32,000 nucleotides of DNA, taken from assembly GCF_019039035.1 (NCBI RefSeq), contig NZ_JAHNZT010000030.1, positions 78,099-110,098 on the forward strand, in the 5' to 3' direction. Origin of the DNA: Citreicoccus inhibens. Its GTDB lineage: Bacteria > Myxococcota > Myxococcia > Myxococcales > Myxococcaceae. Positions within the stretch are counted from its first letter, which is position 1. Every line of letters begins with the position of its first letter. The notes under the pieces are model-generated. The model made no database searches. It was not told the origin of the DNA and saw only the letters and a list, made by a program, of their open reading frames with translations. Shown here piece after piece: positions 1 to 9,904 of the stretch. Made by a program: the position numbers and the translations under genes.

Positions 1-2
1 AG

Positions 3-566
3 GACGGGGACAAGGTGCAGCGGGGCGGCTACAGCGTGCAGGCCGTGGCGGTGGACCACCGCATCAACGCCCTGGGCTACGTGCTGGCCGAGGAGGAGCG
101 CCCGGGCCGCTTCCACCTGGAGAAGGCGCGCGCGCTGGGCGTCCCGGAGGGTCCCAGCTTCGGCAAGCTCCAGCGCGGCGAGGCGGTGACGCTGCCGGAT
201 GGGCGCACGGTGAAGCCGGAGGACGTGCTGGGGGCGTCACGGCCGGGGCGCAAGCTGGTGCTGTCCGGGGACACGCGGCCCTGCCCGGCGCTGGTGAAGG
301 CCTCGCGCGACGCGGACCTGTTGATCCACGAGTCCACCTTCTCCGATGACGAGCAGGAGCGCGCGCACGAGACGCGGCACTCCACGGCACGGGAGGCGGG
401 GCGGGTGGCGCAGGAGGCGGGCGCCCGGCGCCTCATCCTCACGCACCTCTCCAGCCGCCACGACACCGACCCCACGCGCCTGCTCACGCAGGCACGCGAG
501 GAATTCAAGGGACCGCTGGAGGTGGCCTATGACGGCCTCTCCGTCGAGCTGCCGCTGCGTGACTGA
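3..566 (+). CDS. rnz: Ribonuclease Z / MBL-fold tRNA 3'-processing endonuclease, C-terminal part (5' end outside window)
   Basis: Frame open from the window edge; VAVDHRINALGYVLAEEERPGRF, LVLSGDTRPC, LLIHESTF and LILTHLSSRH match ElaC/RNase Z C-terminal motifs. Confidence 0.9.
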   Translation, partial: DGDKVQRGGYSVQAVAVDHRINALGYVLAEEERPGRFHLEKARALGVPEGPSFGKLQRGEAVTLPDGRTVKPEDVLGASRPGRKLVLSGDTRPCPALVKASRDADLLIHESTFSDDEQERAHETRHSTAREAGRVAQEAGARRLILTHLSSRHDTDPTRLLTQAREEFKGPLEVAYDGLSVELPLRD

Positions 567-585
567 GGGTGCACGGCCCACCCTC
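565..585 (+). terminator. Candidate hairpin after rnz
   Basis: GAGGGTG-(7 nt)-CACCCTC perfect 7-bp stem overlapping/just after the rnz stop; no T tract. Confidence 0.3.
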
Positions 586-608
586 GCACGCGCGGCGCGA
601 CCGCGGGG

Positions 609-1124
609 CTACTGAACCTTCAGCGCCTCGGCCTTGAGGGAGGCGGCGGCGTCAGGGTCCACCTTCTGGAGCAGCTCCCACTCCACCTCCAGGTCGCGCT
701 TGCCCTGCGCGTTGCTCACGCCGCCCGGGGACTCCGACAGGTCCGGGCCTCGGCCCTGGGTGTCCGCCGCCGCGCGCGTCTCGGAGCGCTCGCGCTTCCA
801 GAACTCCACCGAGCACTGGCCCGGACCGTGCTCCTTGCCGCGAATCATGTAGGCGCCGAAGGTGGTGCCCAGCGACGAGGCCGCGCTCAGCTGCAACTCG
901 TGGGTGACCGCCTCGTAGCCCTCCTTGCCCGTCCGGAACGAGTAGCCCCGCGCCTTGAGGATCGCGAGCGCCTCGGGCCAGACCTCGGCGATGGGCTTGC
1001 GGTAGACGTGCGTGCCGGCCTTGTCCTCGAGGAAGGCCTGCTGACGGTGGGCGGCGCAGCCCGACAGGGCGAACGCGAGCGCGGAGACCACCCAGAGGGC
1101 GGCAGCGCGAGACGATGACTTCAT
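609..1124 (-). CDS. Putative lipoprotein, unknown function
   Basis: MKSSSRAAALWVVSALAFALSGCAAHR has a signal peptide and lipobox (LSGC); AGGAGG about 9 nt upstream of the ATG at 1124. Start could also be 1133. Confidence 0.75.
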   Translation of the reverse strand: MKSSSRAAALWVVSALAFALSGCAAHRQQAFLEDKAGTHVYRKPIAEVWPEALAILKARGYSFRTGKEGYEAVTHELQLSAASSLGTTFGAYMIRGKEHGPGQCSVEFWKRERSETRAAADTQGRGPDLSESPGGVSNAQGKRDLEVEWELLQKVDPDAAASLKAEALKVQ

Positions 1125-1320
1125 GGGGTTCATCCTCCTGGCTCCCGGTCCGTGGGAGCACGGCTCGGGAACATCCCTCAGCACCCGGGTGGACGCCAAG
1201 TCCGCCCCCTCACCCGGCAAGCACCACCCCGCCCGGTCGCCCGCCTCTTCTCCAGCCCTCCCGAGCGAGGGGGCCACGGGTCGCGCTGCCAGTGCGTCCC
1301 GGCCACCCGAGATTGCCCGC

Positions 1321-2688
1321 ATGAGCGAGCCGGGAATCACGCGGAATGGGAGCAGCAGGCCACTTTCCCGGACGAGGCGCCGACGCGTGCTCATCCTGGG
1401 CGGGGGCTTCGCGGGCATGTACGCCGCGCTGCACCTGGAGAAGCGGCTGGCGCGGCGGGACGACGTGGAGGTGATGCTCGTCAGCCACGACAACTACTTC
1501 CTCTTCACGCCCATGCTGCACGAGGTGGCCGCCAGCGACGTGGACCCCGCGGCCATCGTCGTGGCGCTGCGCAAGGTGCTGCCCCACGTGGCGTTCGTGG
1601 AGGGAGACGCCACGCGCATCGACCTGGGCGCGCGCGAGGTCCGGGTGTCACATGGCGAACAGGGTGGGCACGACCACGTGCTCGCCTATGACGACCTGGT
1701 GATGGCGATGGGCTCGGAGACGAACTTCTTCGGGCAGGAGGGCGCGAAGCGCCACGCGCTCACCATGAAGACGCTGGGCGACGCGGTGCTCCTGCGCAAC
1801 CACCTCATCGACCGGTTGGAGGAGGCGGACACGGCCTGCATCACCCGAGGCGACCGCGACCGCGGGGTCACCTTCGTCGTGGTGGGCGGAGGCTTCGCGG
1901 GCGTGGAGACGGCCGGGGCCGTGAACGACTTCATCCGCGGAGCGCTGCCGTACTACCCGCGCATCCAACCCGCCGACGTGCGCGTGGTCCTGGTGCATGG
2001 CGGCGCGGAGGTGCTGCCCGAGCTGGGGGCGGGCCTGGGCGCGTATGCGCGGAACAAGCTCTCGCGCAACGGCGTGGAGGTGCTCACCCACACGCGCGTG
2101 GTGGAGGTGGATGGGCAGAGCGTGACGCTGTCGGACGGCTCGCGGCGGGCCACGCGGACCGTGGTGTGGGTGGCGGGCGTCACGCCGACGCCGCTCCTGG
2201 AGGACCTGCCGTGTGAGAAGCACCAGGGCCGCCTGCGCGTCACCGAGCGGCTGGAGGTCCCCGGCCATCCCGGCGTGTGGGCCGTGGGTGACTGCGCCTC
2301 CGTGCCCGACGTGACGCGGGGCGGACACCCCACCCCGCCCACCGCGCAGCACGCGCTGCGCCAGGGCGTCGCCGTCGCACGCAATGTGGAGGCGGCCTAC
2401 CAGGGAAAGCCGCCGCGCGTGTTCCGCTACCGGATGGTGGGGCAGCTCGCCGCCATCGGCCGCCGCTCGGGTGTGGCGCGCATCCTCGGCCTGAAGTTCT
2501 CGGGCTTCGTCGCGTGGTTCCTGTGGCGCGGCGTGTACTGGTGGAAGCTGCCGCGCGTGGAGAAGAAGGTGCGCGTGGCGCTGGACTGGGCGCTGGACCT
2601 CTTCTTCCACAAGGACATCGTGCAGCTCATCGGCGCGCGCGAGCTGGAGCGCTTCCCCTTGCCCGTCCGCGAGCTCGTGCTGCCGTGA
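1321..2688 (+). CDS. NAD(P)/FAD-dependent oxidoreductase, type II NADH dehydrogenase-like
   Basis: RVLILGGGFAGMYAALHLEKRL Rossmann motif, second nucleotide-binding motif VTFVVVGGGFAGVETAG, and VWAVGDCASVP near the C-terminus. The ORF track start at 1123 is extended; ATG at 1321 is more likely. Confidence 0.9.
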   Translation: MSEPGITRNGSSRPLSRTRRRRVLILGGGFAGMYAALHLEKRLARRDDVEVMLVSHDNYFLFTPMLHEVAASDVDPAAIVVALRKVLPHVAFVEGDATRIDLGAREVRVSHGEQGGHDHVLAYDDLVMAMGSETNFFGQEGAKRHALTMKTLGDAVLLRNHLIDRLEEADTACITRGDRDRGVTFVVVGGGFAGVETAGAVNDFIRGALPYYPRIQPADVRVVLVHGGAEVLPELGAGLGAYARNKLSRNGVEVLTHTRVVEVDGQSVTLSDGSRRATRTVVWVAGVTPTPLLEDLPCEKHQGRLRVTERLEVPGHPGVWAVGDCASVPDVTRGGHPTPPTAQHALRQGVAVARNVEAAYQGKPPRVFRYRMVGQLAAIGRRSGVARILGLKFSGFVAWFLWRGVYWWKLPRVEKKVRVALDWALDLFFHKDIVQLIGARELERFPLPVRELVLP

Positions 2689-2773
2689 GCCCGGCATGGC
2701 CCTCTGGGCTCAGGTGCGCGAAAGTGCCCGGCGCATGGCCCCATGGGACGGGGCCCAGGGAAGGTGCGCGACG

Positions 2774-4474
2774 ATGCGGAGACGTCTGGGTTGGGCCTTC
2801 GGTGCGGTGCTCCTGCTGGCGGGCATGACGGGCTGTGCCCGGCGCTCTCCCGAGACACCCTCGCGAGCGAGCGACGCGCACACCACCACGGTGTACGTGG
2901 CCAGGCAGGTGCGCACGCTGGACCCCGAGAAGCCCCGCGCCCAGGCGCTCGCGGTGCGCGACGGCAAGGTGCTGGCGGTGGGGAGCCGCGAAGAGGTGCT
3001 CGCCGCGGCCGGTCCCGACGCGCGCGTGACGGACCTGGGTGACGCCACGGTGGTCCCGGGCCTCACGGACTCGCACGGCCACCTGGAAGGATTGGGCCGC
3101 TACCTCGCGGGCGTGCAGCTGGTGGGCGCGGCGTCCAGGGCGGAGGCGTTGCAGCGCGTGTCGCGAGCGCCCGCCACGGCGCGCCAGGGCGACTGGCTGA
3201 TGGGCCAGGGCTGGGACCAGAACGACTGGCCCGACAAGGTCTTCCCCACGCGCGCCGAGCTGGACGCCGCCTATCCCACCACGCCCGTGGTGCTCAGCCG
3301 CATCGACGGGCACGCGCTGTGGGTCAACGGCGAGGCGCTGCGCCGCGCGCACATCGACAAGAACACCGTGGACCCCTCCGGCGGGCGCATCCTGCGCGGC
3401 CCGGACGGCGAGCCCACCGGCATCCTGGTGGACAACGCCATGAACCTGGTGGAGGCGGTGATGCCGCCCGGCACCCCGGCGCAGTACGCCACGTGGCTCA
3501 CGGCCGCGTTCGAGTACTGCGCGCGCGTGGGCCTCACCGGCGTGCACGACGCGGGCATGAGCCTGCGCACCTTCCGGTTGCTCCAGCAGTGGGACCAGGA
3601 GGGCCGCCTGCCCCTGCGCGTCTACGCCATGGCGGATGGCCAGGGCGCGGACCGCGAGACGTACCTGCGCGAGGGCCCCTACCAGGGGACGCTGCTCACG
3701 CTGCGCGCGGTGAAGCTCATCACGGACGGCGCGCTCGGCAGCCGCGGCGCCGCGCTGCACGAGGCCTACAGCGACGAGCCGGGACACCGCGGCCTGTTGC
3801 TCTTGCCGCCCGACGAGTATGCCCGGCGCGTGCATGACTTCATGGCGCGCGGCTTCCAGGTGGCCACGCACGCCATTGGAGACCGCGCCAACACGCTCGT
3901 GTTGGACACGCTCACGCGCGAGGTCGCGGCGCAGGGCCAGAAGGACGGCCGGCACCGCGTGGAGCACGCGCAAATCCTGCGGCCCGAGGACATCGAGCGG
4001 CTGGGCAAGGGCGGCTTCGTGGCCAGCATGCAGCCCGTCCACGCCACCAGCGACATGCCCTGGGCCCAGACGCGGTTGGGCGCGGAGCGGCTCCAGGGCG
4101 CGTATGCGTGGCGCAAGCTGAAGAACGCGGGCGCGGTGCTCGCCTTCGGCAGCGACTTCCCGGTGGAGCGCCCGGACGTGCTCGCGGGGCTGTACGCGGC
4201 GCGCACGCGGCAGGACGCGCAAGGCCAGCCGCCCGCGGGCTGGCTGCCCGACCAGCGCCTGAGCGGCGAGGAGGCCCTGGAGGGCTTCACCACCGGCGCG
4301 GCCTGGGCCTCGTTCGCGGAAGCGCGGCGCGGTCGGCTGCAGCCGGGCATGGACGCGGACTTCGTGGCGCTCTCGGTGGACCCCGTGGACGCGCCCCCCG
4401 CGGCGCTGCTCACCGGGCAGGTGCGCCTCACGGTCGTCGCGGGCCGCGAGGTGTACGGCGGTCGCACGCCGTAG
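2774..4474 (+). CDS. Amidohydrolase family protein (YtcJ-like), predicted lipoprotein
   Basis: MRRRLGWAFGAVLLLAGMTGCARR lipobox; VVPGLTDSHGHLEG metal-binding motif; HRVEHAQILRPEDIERL; VLAFGSDFPVE. Confidence 0.88.
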   Translation: MRRRLGWAFGAVLLLAGMTGCARRSPETPSRASDAHTTTVYVARQVRTLDPEKPRAQALAVRDGKVLAVGSREEVLAAAGPDARVTDLGDATVVPGLTDSHGHLEGLGRYLAGVQLVGAASRAEALQRVSRAPATARQGDWLMGQGWDQNDWPDKVFPTRAELDAAYPTTPVVLSRIDGHALWVNGEALRRAHIDKNTVDPSGGRILRGPDGEPTGILVDNAMNLVEAVMPPGTPAQYATWLTAAFEYCARVGLTGVHDAGMSLRTFRLLQQWDQEGRLPLRVYAMADGQGADRETYLREGPYQGTLLTLRAVKLITDGALGSRGAALHEAYSDEPGHRGLLLLPPDEYARRVHDFMARGFQVATHAIGDRANTLVLDTLTREVAAQGQKDGRHRVEHAQILRPEDIERLGKGGFVASMQPVHATSDMPWAQTRLGAERLQGAYAWRKLKNAGAVLAFGSDFPVERPDVLAGLYAARTRQDAQGQPPAGWLPDQRLSGEEALEGFTTGAAWASFAEARRGRLQPGMDADFVALSVDPVDAPPAALLTGQVRLTVVAGREVYGGRTP

Positions 4475-4488
4475 CCCGCACCCCCTCT

Positions 4489-5505
4489 TCAGGAGCGCCG
4501 GGGTCGGGCCGCGTGCGCGGCCCCGGCGAGTGCCGTGGGAATCGACTGCCGCATGAGCGCCACGAACGCGCGCAGCCTCGCGGGGTGGAAGCGCGCGGCC
4601 GGGTAGACGATGGAGATGGGCAACGCGGCCGCTCGCCACTGAGGCGCCACGTGCCACAGGCGGCCTCGCTCCAGCTCCTCTTGGAACACCCAGGACGAGC
4701 CCACGCAGATGCCGACGCCCTTCACCGCGGCGCTGCGGATGGCATAGAGGCTGTCCGTGCTCAGTCGAGGCTGGAAGCTGATGCGCTGGACCTCGCCGGT
4801 GTCCACGTGGGTGAGGGACAGCTCGTTGCGGTAGTACGTGCGCAGTGACAGCCAGGGCAGGCGCGCCAGTTCGTCGGGATGGGTGGGCATGGGACGGCCC
4901 GCGAACAGGGACGGCGCGCCGGTGAGGATGCGAGGCACCTCGGCCACGCGCACCGCGACCACGCTGGGGTCGTGGATCTCGCCCACCTGGATGGCGCAGT
5001 CGATGCCATCCGCGATGAAGTCCACCGCTCGGTCATGCAGCAGCCAGTCGACCGAGACGCGGGCATGGCGATCCAGAAAATCCGTCAGGGGCTCCACCAG
5101 CAACGCCTGGCCGAACGCATGCGGCACGACGACGCGCAGCGTTCCCTCGGGCTCGTCGCTCGCGCCGCGCAGGTCGGCCTCCAAGCGCTCCCAGTTCGCC
5201 ACCCACTCCTTCGCGCGCTCGTAGCAACGCGTTCCGTCCTCAGTGAGCTTCATCGCGTGCGTGGAGCGTTGCAGCAGCCGCAAGCCCAGGGAGCGCTCGA
5301 GCATCTGCAATCGCCGGCTCACGGTGGGCTGCGTGGTGCCCAACTGAGCGGCGGCGGAGGACAAGCTCCCCGCGTCCACGATGCGCAGGAACGTCTGCAT
5401 CAGCTCCAACCGGTCGACGTTGGAGGCCGTGGACGACGGGGGGCGCGGAGCGGTCGCGCGCGGACGGTGGGACTTGGGGCGGTGGGGCATGGGGGCGCGC
5501 TTCAC
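4489..5505 (-). CDS. LysR family transcriptional regulator
   Basis: MQTFLRIVDAGSLSSAAAQLGTTQPTVSRRLQMLERSLGLRLLQR winged HTH plus LysR substrate domain. True start uncertain (GTG 5505 or ATG 5490). Confidence 0.92.
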   Translation of the reverse strand: MKRAPMPHRPKSHRPRATAPRPPSSTASNVDRLELMQTFLRIVDAGSLSSAAAQLGTTQPTVSRRLQMLERSLGLRLLQRSTHAMKLTEDGTRCYERAKEWVANWERLEADLRGASDEPEGTLRVVVPHAFGQALLVEPLTDFLDRHARVSVDWLLHDRAVDFIADGIDCAIQVGEIHDPSVVAVRVAEVPRILTGAPSLFAGRPMPTHPDELARLPWLSLRTYYRNELSLTHVDTGEVQRISFQPRLSTDSLYAIRSAAVKGVGICVGSSWVFQEELERGRLWHVAPQWRAAALPISIVYPAARFHPARLRAFVALMRQSIPTALAGAAHAARPRRS

Positions 5506-5512
5506 TCGGGCC

Positions 5513-5529
5513 TATACGTGAAACGTATA
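5513..5529. promoter_or_regulatory. Perfect inverted repeat TATACGT-GAA-ACGTATA, candidate LysR-type operator
   Basis: 7-bp perfect arms with 3-nt spacer; also fits TATAC-N7-GTATA (T-N11-A LysR box) between the divergent lysR and MFS genes. Confidence 0.65.
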
Positions 5530-5602
5530 ACCGCTGTTCCGCGCGTGCCACTACAGACGCAACACGCTCGGACGCATTGTCACCTCGTCCCGCAGTTCCG
5601 AG

Positions 5603-6904
5603 GTGAAGACCATGTCGTTCATTCGTCCCATACATGAGGCTGTTGGAACCGGCGCCACGCTCAAGACGGGCCCTGACGCCGTGGAGAGCCCCTTCCGGCT
5701 GGCGTCCGCCCGCCCCAGCGGCGACGTGGGCATGTCGCGCGGCCTGCGGCTCTTGCTCGCCGCGAGCGCGGGCATCTCCGTGGCGTCGCTCTACTACAGC
5801 CAGCCGATGCTGGGGGTGATGGGGGCCACCCTGGGCGCGTCGGAGGCCGCGGTGGGGCTGCTGCCCTCCCTCACCTTGCTGGGCTACGCGCTGGGCATCC
5901 TGTTGCTCGCGCCGCTGGGGGACCGGTTCGACCGGCGCCGCATCATCCTCGCGAAGGTGGGCCTGTTGAGCGTGGCGCTGCTGATGGGAGGGCTCGCGCC
6001 GGGCATCGGCCTGCTGCTCGCGGTGGGCTTCGTCATCGGGCTGATGGCGACGGTGGCGCAGGACATCGTTCCGGCCGCCGCGACGCTGGCCCCCGCGCGT
6101 GAGCGAGGCGCCGTGGTCGGTACGGTGATGACCGGCCTGCTGCTCGGCATCCTGTTGTCCCGCGTCGTCAGCGGCGTGGTGTCGGAGCAGCTCGGCTGGC
6201 GCGCCATGTACCTGATGGCCTCGGGCAGCGTGGCCCTGGTGGGCGTGGCGGCCTGGCGTGGACTGCCCCGCTTCCGCCCCACCAGCGCGCTCTCCTACAC
6301 CGCCCTGCTCGGCTCGCTGACCGAGCTGTGGCGCAAGCACCGAGCCCTGCGCCGCGCGGCGGTGGCCCAGGGGCTGCTCTCGGTCGGGTTCAGCGCGTTC
6401 TGGTCCACGCTCGCGGTGATGCTGCATGGCGCGCCGTTCCACCTGGGCAGCGCGGTGGCGGGAGCCTTTGGACTGGCGGGCGCGGCGGGAGCCCTGGGCG
6501 CGCCGGTGGCGGGGCGCGTGGCGGATCGCTTCGGCTCGGAGGTCGTCACCCGCCTGGGCGCGAGCCTCACCGCCGTCTCGTTCGCCCTGATGTTCGCCCT
6601 GCCCTGGCTGGAGCCGCAGTCACGCCTGTGGCTGATTGGCGTGAGCGCGGTGGGGTTCGACCTGGGCGTGCAAATCACCCTGGTGGCGCATCAGAGCCTC
6701 GTCTTCGGCATCGACCCCGCGGCGCGCAGCCGGCTCAACGCGGTGCTGTTCGTCGGCATGTTCATCGGCATGGCGGTCGGCGCGGCGGGTGGCAGCCTCG
6801 TGTTGGCCCATGGAGGCTGGCTCGCCTTGACGGCGCTGGCGACCACCTCGGCGGTGGCGGCCTTGATGGTGCGCCTCACGTCGGGGACTCACGGCGCGCG
6901 CTGA
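5603..6904 (+). CDS. MFS transporter (drug/metabolite efflux type)
   Basis: About 12 hydrophobic segments; SLYYSQPMLGVMG, LAPLGDRFDRRRIILAKVG and GAPVAGRVADRFGS MFS loop motifs; divergent from the LysR gene. ATG 5612 is an alternative start. Confidence 0.9.
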   Translation: MKTMSFIRPIHEAVGTGATLKTGPDAVESPFRLASARPSGDVGMSRGLRLLLAASAGISVASLYYSQPMLGVMGATLGASEAAVGLLPSLTLLGYALGILLLAPLGDRFDRRRIILAKVGLLSVALLMGGLAPGIGLLLAVGFVIGLMATVAQDIVPAAATLAPARERGAVVGTVMTGLLLGILLSRVVSGVVSEQLGWRAMYLMASGSVALVGVAAWRGLPRFRPTSALSYTALLGSLTELWRKHRALRRAAVAQGLLSVGFSAFWSTLAVMLHGAPFHLGSAVAGAFGLAGAAGALGAPVAGRVADRFGSEVVTRLGASLTAVSFALMFALPWLEPQSRLWLIGVSAVGFDLGVQITLVAHQSLVFGIDPAARSRLNAVLFVGMFIGMAVGAAGGSLVLAHGGWLALTALATTSAVAALMVRLTSGTHGAR

Positions 6905-6920
6905 AGGGAAGGAAGCACCG

Positions 6921-8915
6921 TCACGCGAGGGTGGACTCGTAGCTGAGGGCCTGGATGCGGCGCTGGATCTCCTCCTGGACCCGCTGCCGCTCCTTCTCCA
7001 CCCGCGTCAGCTCCTGGCCAATGGCCTCCAGCCGGTCCTCCTGCTCGGTGAGCTTCGCCACGAAGCGGTCCGTCAGCTCGCGCTGCGAAGCCCCGCTGCG
7101 CAGCGACTCCAGGTTGGAGCGGATGCGCTCCTGGTCGCGGAACAGGTGGTTGCGCTCCTCGGTGAGCTGCTCCTGGGTGCGCGTCAGCTCCGCCCGCTGG
7201 CCACGCAGCGCCACCACGTCGCGCAGCGCCTGCGCCACGCCCTGGTCGATGAAGCGCGAGTCGAGGAAGAAGGCCACCTCGTCCAGGCCCACCTCGCCCA
7301 CGTGGTACTGGCGATGCCCCCGCGTGCGCTCGGCGACGGTGAGCTCCTGGGTGGTGCCCGGGGACAGCTCGCGGCGGAAACGCCAGAAGTCATCCGTGGT
7401 CTCCGCGGGCTCGGGCATGTCCTTGAGCTCCCAGCCCGTGCGCGGGTGCTCCACGAACAACACCTGCGCGCGCGTCGACTTGTTGCGCACCAGGTAGCGC
7501 GCGTGTCGCAGGTGGTAGAACTCCACCATCAACGTGCCCCGGTTCACCACGGCGCGGAACACCGGCCCATCCTCCGAGCGGTCCTCCACCGACACCACGC
7601 ACCCCAGCTCCACCGCGTACGGCACGAAGCGGCGGTCCCCGGGCTTCATCGTGTCGAGCATGGCCTCGCCCACGTACGTCTCCGCCTCCGTCACCGTCAC
7701 CGGGCCACCCTCCAACGTCAGGCCCGTGGTGTTGGTGAACTCGATGCACGCCATGGGGTTCTTCTCGCGCGTGGCGCGGTTGTAGAGCAGCACGCGCCGC
7801 CCCTCGAAGGGCCGCTGGAGGATGGGCACCAGCGCGCTCTGGTTGCGGTGCACCGTCACCGGCTGGTCCACGCGGTACTCGAACAGGTCGCCCACCTCCT
7901 GGGTGAGCGTGGTCACCCGCGCGGTGCCCAGCCGCGCCTCGCGCATCGACCGGCTCGCCTCCGGAGCCTCCGCCCGCGCCCGGGAGCGCTTGGGCATGGG
8001 CGCCGGCGCCGCGGCGGCGGGCCCGCCCATGGACCCGGGCAGGCCCCCATCCATGTCCAGCATGGACGCGGACTCCATCAGCGCCTCCTGCGGAATCACC
8101 GGCGCCGCGGCGGCCTCGGTCCGCACCTCCACCACTGGCCGCTGGAGGTAGCGCGGGTTGTAGAGGTCATGCACGAAGGACACGGGCAGGCCCGCGATGA
8201 GCGACAGCCGGACGTCCACCCAGTCCTCGTCCCCCGTGTTGTCCACCAGCGCCCACCCCTGGAGCAGCGGCGCGTGGCCCTCCTCCAGCAGGATGCGGTA
8301 GCTCGTCTTCCACACCGGGGACTCGAGCACGTAGCTCACGAACAGCTCGCGCTCACCCTCCCCCGACGTGAGGATGGACATCCGCTTGGTGTCCTTCTTG
8401 TACGAGGACAGCACCGTGGCCAGATAGAACTCGAGGTCCTTGCGCACCGCCTCGTCCAGGAACTCCAGCTCGGACAACTCCAGCACGTCGAACGTGCGCA
8501 GGCTCCCGCCCACCAGCAGCGTGAGGAAGGGGCGCGCGAGGCTCGTCTCTCCCGCGGCCACCGCCAGCGTGTCCAGCCCGACGATGGCGCCCTCTATCTT
8601 TCCGCCGCCCACGCGCGCCCGCACGCGCGCGCCCTTCACCTGCCCCAGGAGCGCCGTGAGGCTGCCGTCCTCGGGGATGCGGATGGTGGCCTCCGCCAGG
8701 AGCTGCTCCAGCGGCTTCGTCGAGTCATAGCTCACGGCCGACACCGCGCCGCCGGACAGGTCCAAGACGGTCAGCGACTTGAGGACGTCGTTCATGTCGC
8801 GGGCCTTGAAGTCGAGCAGCAAGGGCTCGCTGCCGCTCACCCGCCCCCGACGTTCGAAGTAGCCCACACCGTGCTTGTAGAGGACGACGCGGCGGATGGT
8901 CAGTGCAGGGGCCAT
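6921..8915 (-). CDS. DUF4139 / mucoidy-inhibitor-A-like domain protein with C-terminal coiled coil
   Basis: ALTIRRVVLYKHGVGYFERRGRV start, VSYVLESPVWKTSYRILL core, FVEHPRTGWEL, long Glu/Arg-rich coiled-coil C-terminus. Confidence 0.75.
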   Translation of the reverse strand: MAPALTIRRVVLYKHGVGYFERRGRVSGSEPLLLDFKARDMNDVLKSLTVLDLSGGAVSAVSYDSTKPLEQLLAEATIRIPEDGSLTALLGQVKGARVRARVGGGKIEGAIVGLDTLAVAAGETSLARPFLTLLVGGSLRTFDVLELSELEFLDEAVRKDLEFYLATVLSSYKKDTKRMSILTSGEGERELFVSYVLESPVWKTSYRILLEEGHAPLLQGWALVDNTGDEDWVDVRLSLIAGLPVSFVHDLYNPRYLQRPVVEVRTEAAAAPVIPQEALMESASMLDMDGGLPGSMGGPAAAAPAPMPKRSRARAEAPEASRSMREARLGTARVTTLTQEVGDLFEYRVDQPVTVHRNQSALVPILQRPFEGRRVLLYNRATREKNPMACIEFTNTTGLTLEGGPVTVTEAETYVGEAMLDTMKPGDRRFVPYAVELGCVVSVEDRSEDGPVFRAVVNRGTLMVEFYHLRHARYLVRNKSTRAQVLFVEHPRTGWELKDMPEPAETTDDFWRFRRELSPGTTQELTVAERTRGHRQYHVGEVGLDEVAFFLDSRFIDQGVAQALRDVVALRGQRAELTRTQEQLTEERNHLFRDQERIRSNLESLRSGASQRELTDRFVAKLTEQEDRLEAIGQELTRVEKERQRVQEEIQRRIQALSYESTLA

Positions 8916-9055
8916 GGCTCAACGACCTCCAGGGGTGCTGGGAAAGGATTGGCGGCTCGGTGTATCAATTCAAAACCCAGCCCGCAGCGCCATCCCTCCC
9001 TCCCCGAGGTCGGTCCCATGCGCAATCCCTCTCCTCGCCGCTCACTCGAGTCCGC

Positions 9056-9379
9056 ATGAGGCCCGCGCTCTACACCATCATCGCGGAAGTGGCCCCGGGC
9101 GTGGAGACCGCCTGGAATCAATGGCAGGAGGAGGTGCATGCCCAACGCGTGCTGCGCGAGCCTGGCTTCATCGCCTGCCGCAAGTGGCGGGACGCGGAGC
9201 CCACCCGCGATGGGTGGACGCGCTATGTCTGCCACTATGAGCTGACGGGGCTGGACGCCATGGAGGAGTACCTGGGCAGCGACACGGCCCGCCAGCTGCG
9301 CATGGACTCCGAGCTGCGCTTCGGCGCGATGATGCGCATCTCCCGGCAGATGCTCACCGAGGTGAAGCGCCTGGGCTGA
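9056..9379 (+). CDS. Small protein with predicted dimeric alpha-beta barrel fold (DUF4286-like)
   Basis: MRPALYTIIAEVAPGVETAWNQWQEEVHAQRVLREPGFIACRKWR...YVCHYELTGLDAMEEYL; divergent from the 6921-8915 gene. Confidence 0.7.
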   Translation: MRPALYTIIAEVAPGVETAWNQWQEEVHAQRVLREPGFIACRKWRDAEPTRDGWTRYVCHYELTGLDAMEEYLGSDTARQLRMDSELRFGAMMRISRQMLTEVKRLG

Positions 9380-9387
9380 AAAGGCAC

Positions 9388-9420
9388 GGCCCCTCCCCCG
9401 CGCAAGGCGGAGGAAGGGCC
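9388..9420. terminator. Candidate bidirectional terminator between convergent genes
   Basis: GGCCC...CTCC / GGAG...GGGCC imperfect hairpin; followed on the minus strand by CGTGCCTTTT. Confidence 0.45.
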
Positions 9421-9440
9421 GGCACTCCACGACGCGCGGC

Positions 9441-9878
9441 CTACTGCGCGACGGAGAGCTTCACCTCGATGTTGCCCGCCGTGGCGCGCGAGTACGGGCA
9501 CACCGCGTGCGCCGCGTGCATGAGCTGGGTGGCCTCCTCCAGGGGGATGCCCGGCAGGATGCCCTTGAGCTCCACCGCGAGCCCGAAGCCGCCGTCCGGC
9601 GTCTTGCCCAGCGTGGCCGAGGCCGTGATGCCCGCGTCCGCGCCCAGGCGCTTGCCGGCCTTGCCCGCCACCAGCCGCAGCGCGCTCTCGAAGCACGCCG
9701 AGTAGCCCGCCGCGAAGAGCTGCTCGGGGTTCGTCACCGCGCCGCCCTTGCCACCCAGCTCCTTGGGCATGGCGAGCGGCAGGTCGAGGACGCCGTCGGA
9801 CGAGCGGACGTGGCCGTCTCGACCTCCGTGCGTGGTGGCGGTGGCGGTGTACAGCGGGGTGATGGGGGTGGGAGCCAT
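9441..9878 (-). CDS. ohr: Organic hydroperoxide resistance protein Ohr (OsmC/Ohr family)
   Basis: PLYTATATTHGGRDGHVRSSDGVLDL; NPEQLFAAGYSACFESAL and HAVCPYSRATAGNIEV carry the two Ohr catalytic cysteines. ATG at 9878. Confidence 0.95.
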   Translation of the reverse strand: MAPTPITPLYTATATTHGGRDGHVRSSDGVLDLPLAMPKELGGKGGAVTNPEQLFAAGYSACFESALRLVAGKAGKRLGADAGITASATLGKTPDGGFGLAVELKGILPGIPLEEATQLMHAAHAVCPYSRATAGNIEVKLSVAQ

Positions 9879-9904
9879 GGTGTTTCTCCTCGTCGTGAAT
9901 GGGA

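Noticed and set aside
2627-4657. 676-aa minus-strand ORF opposite the amidohydrolase
   Set aside because: Shadow ORF overlapping a gene with clear metal-binding motifs on the plus strand.
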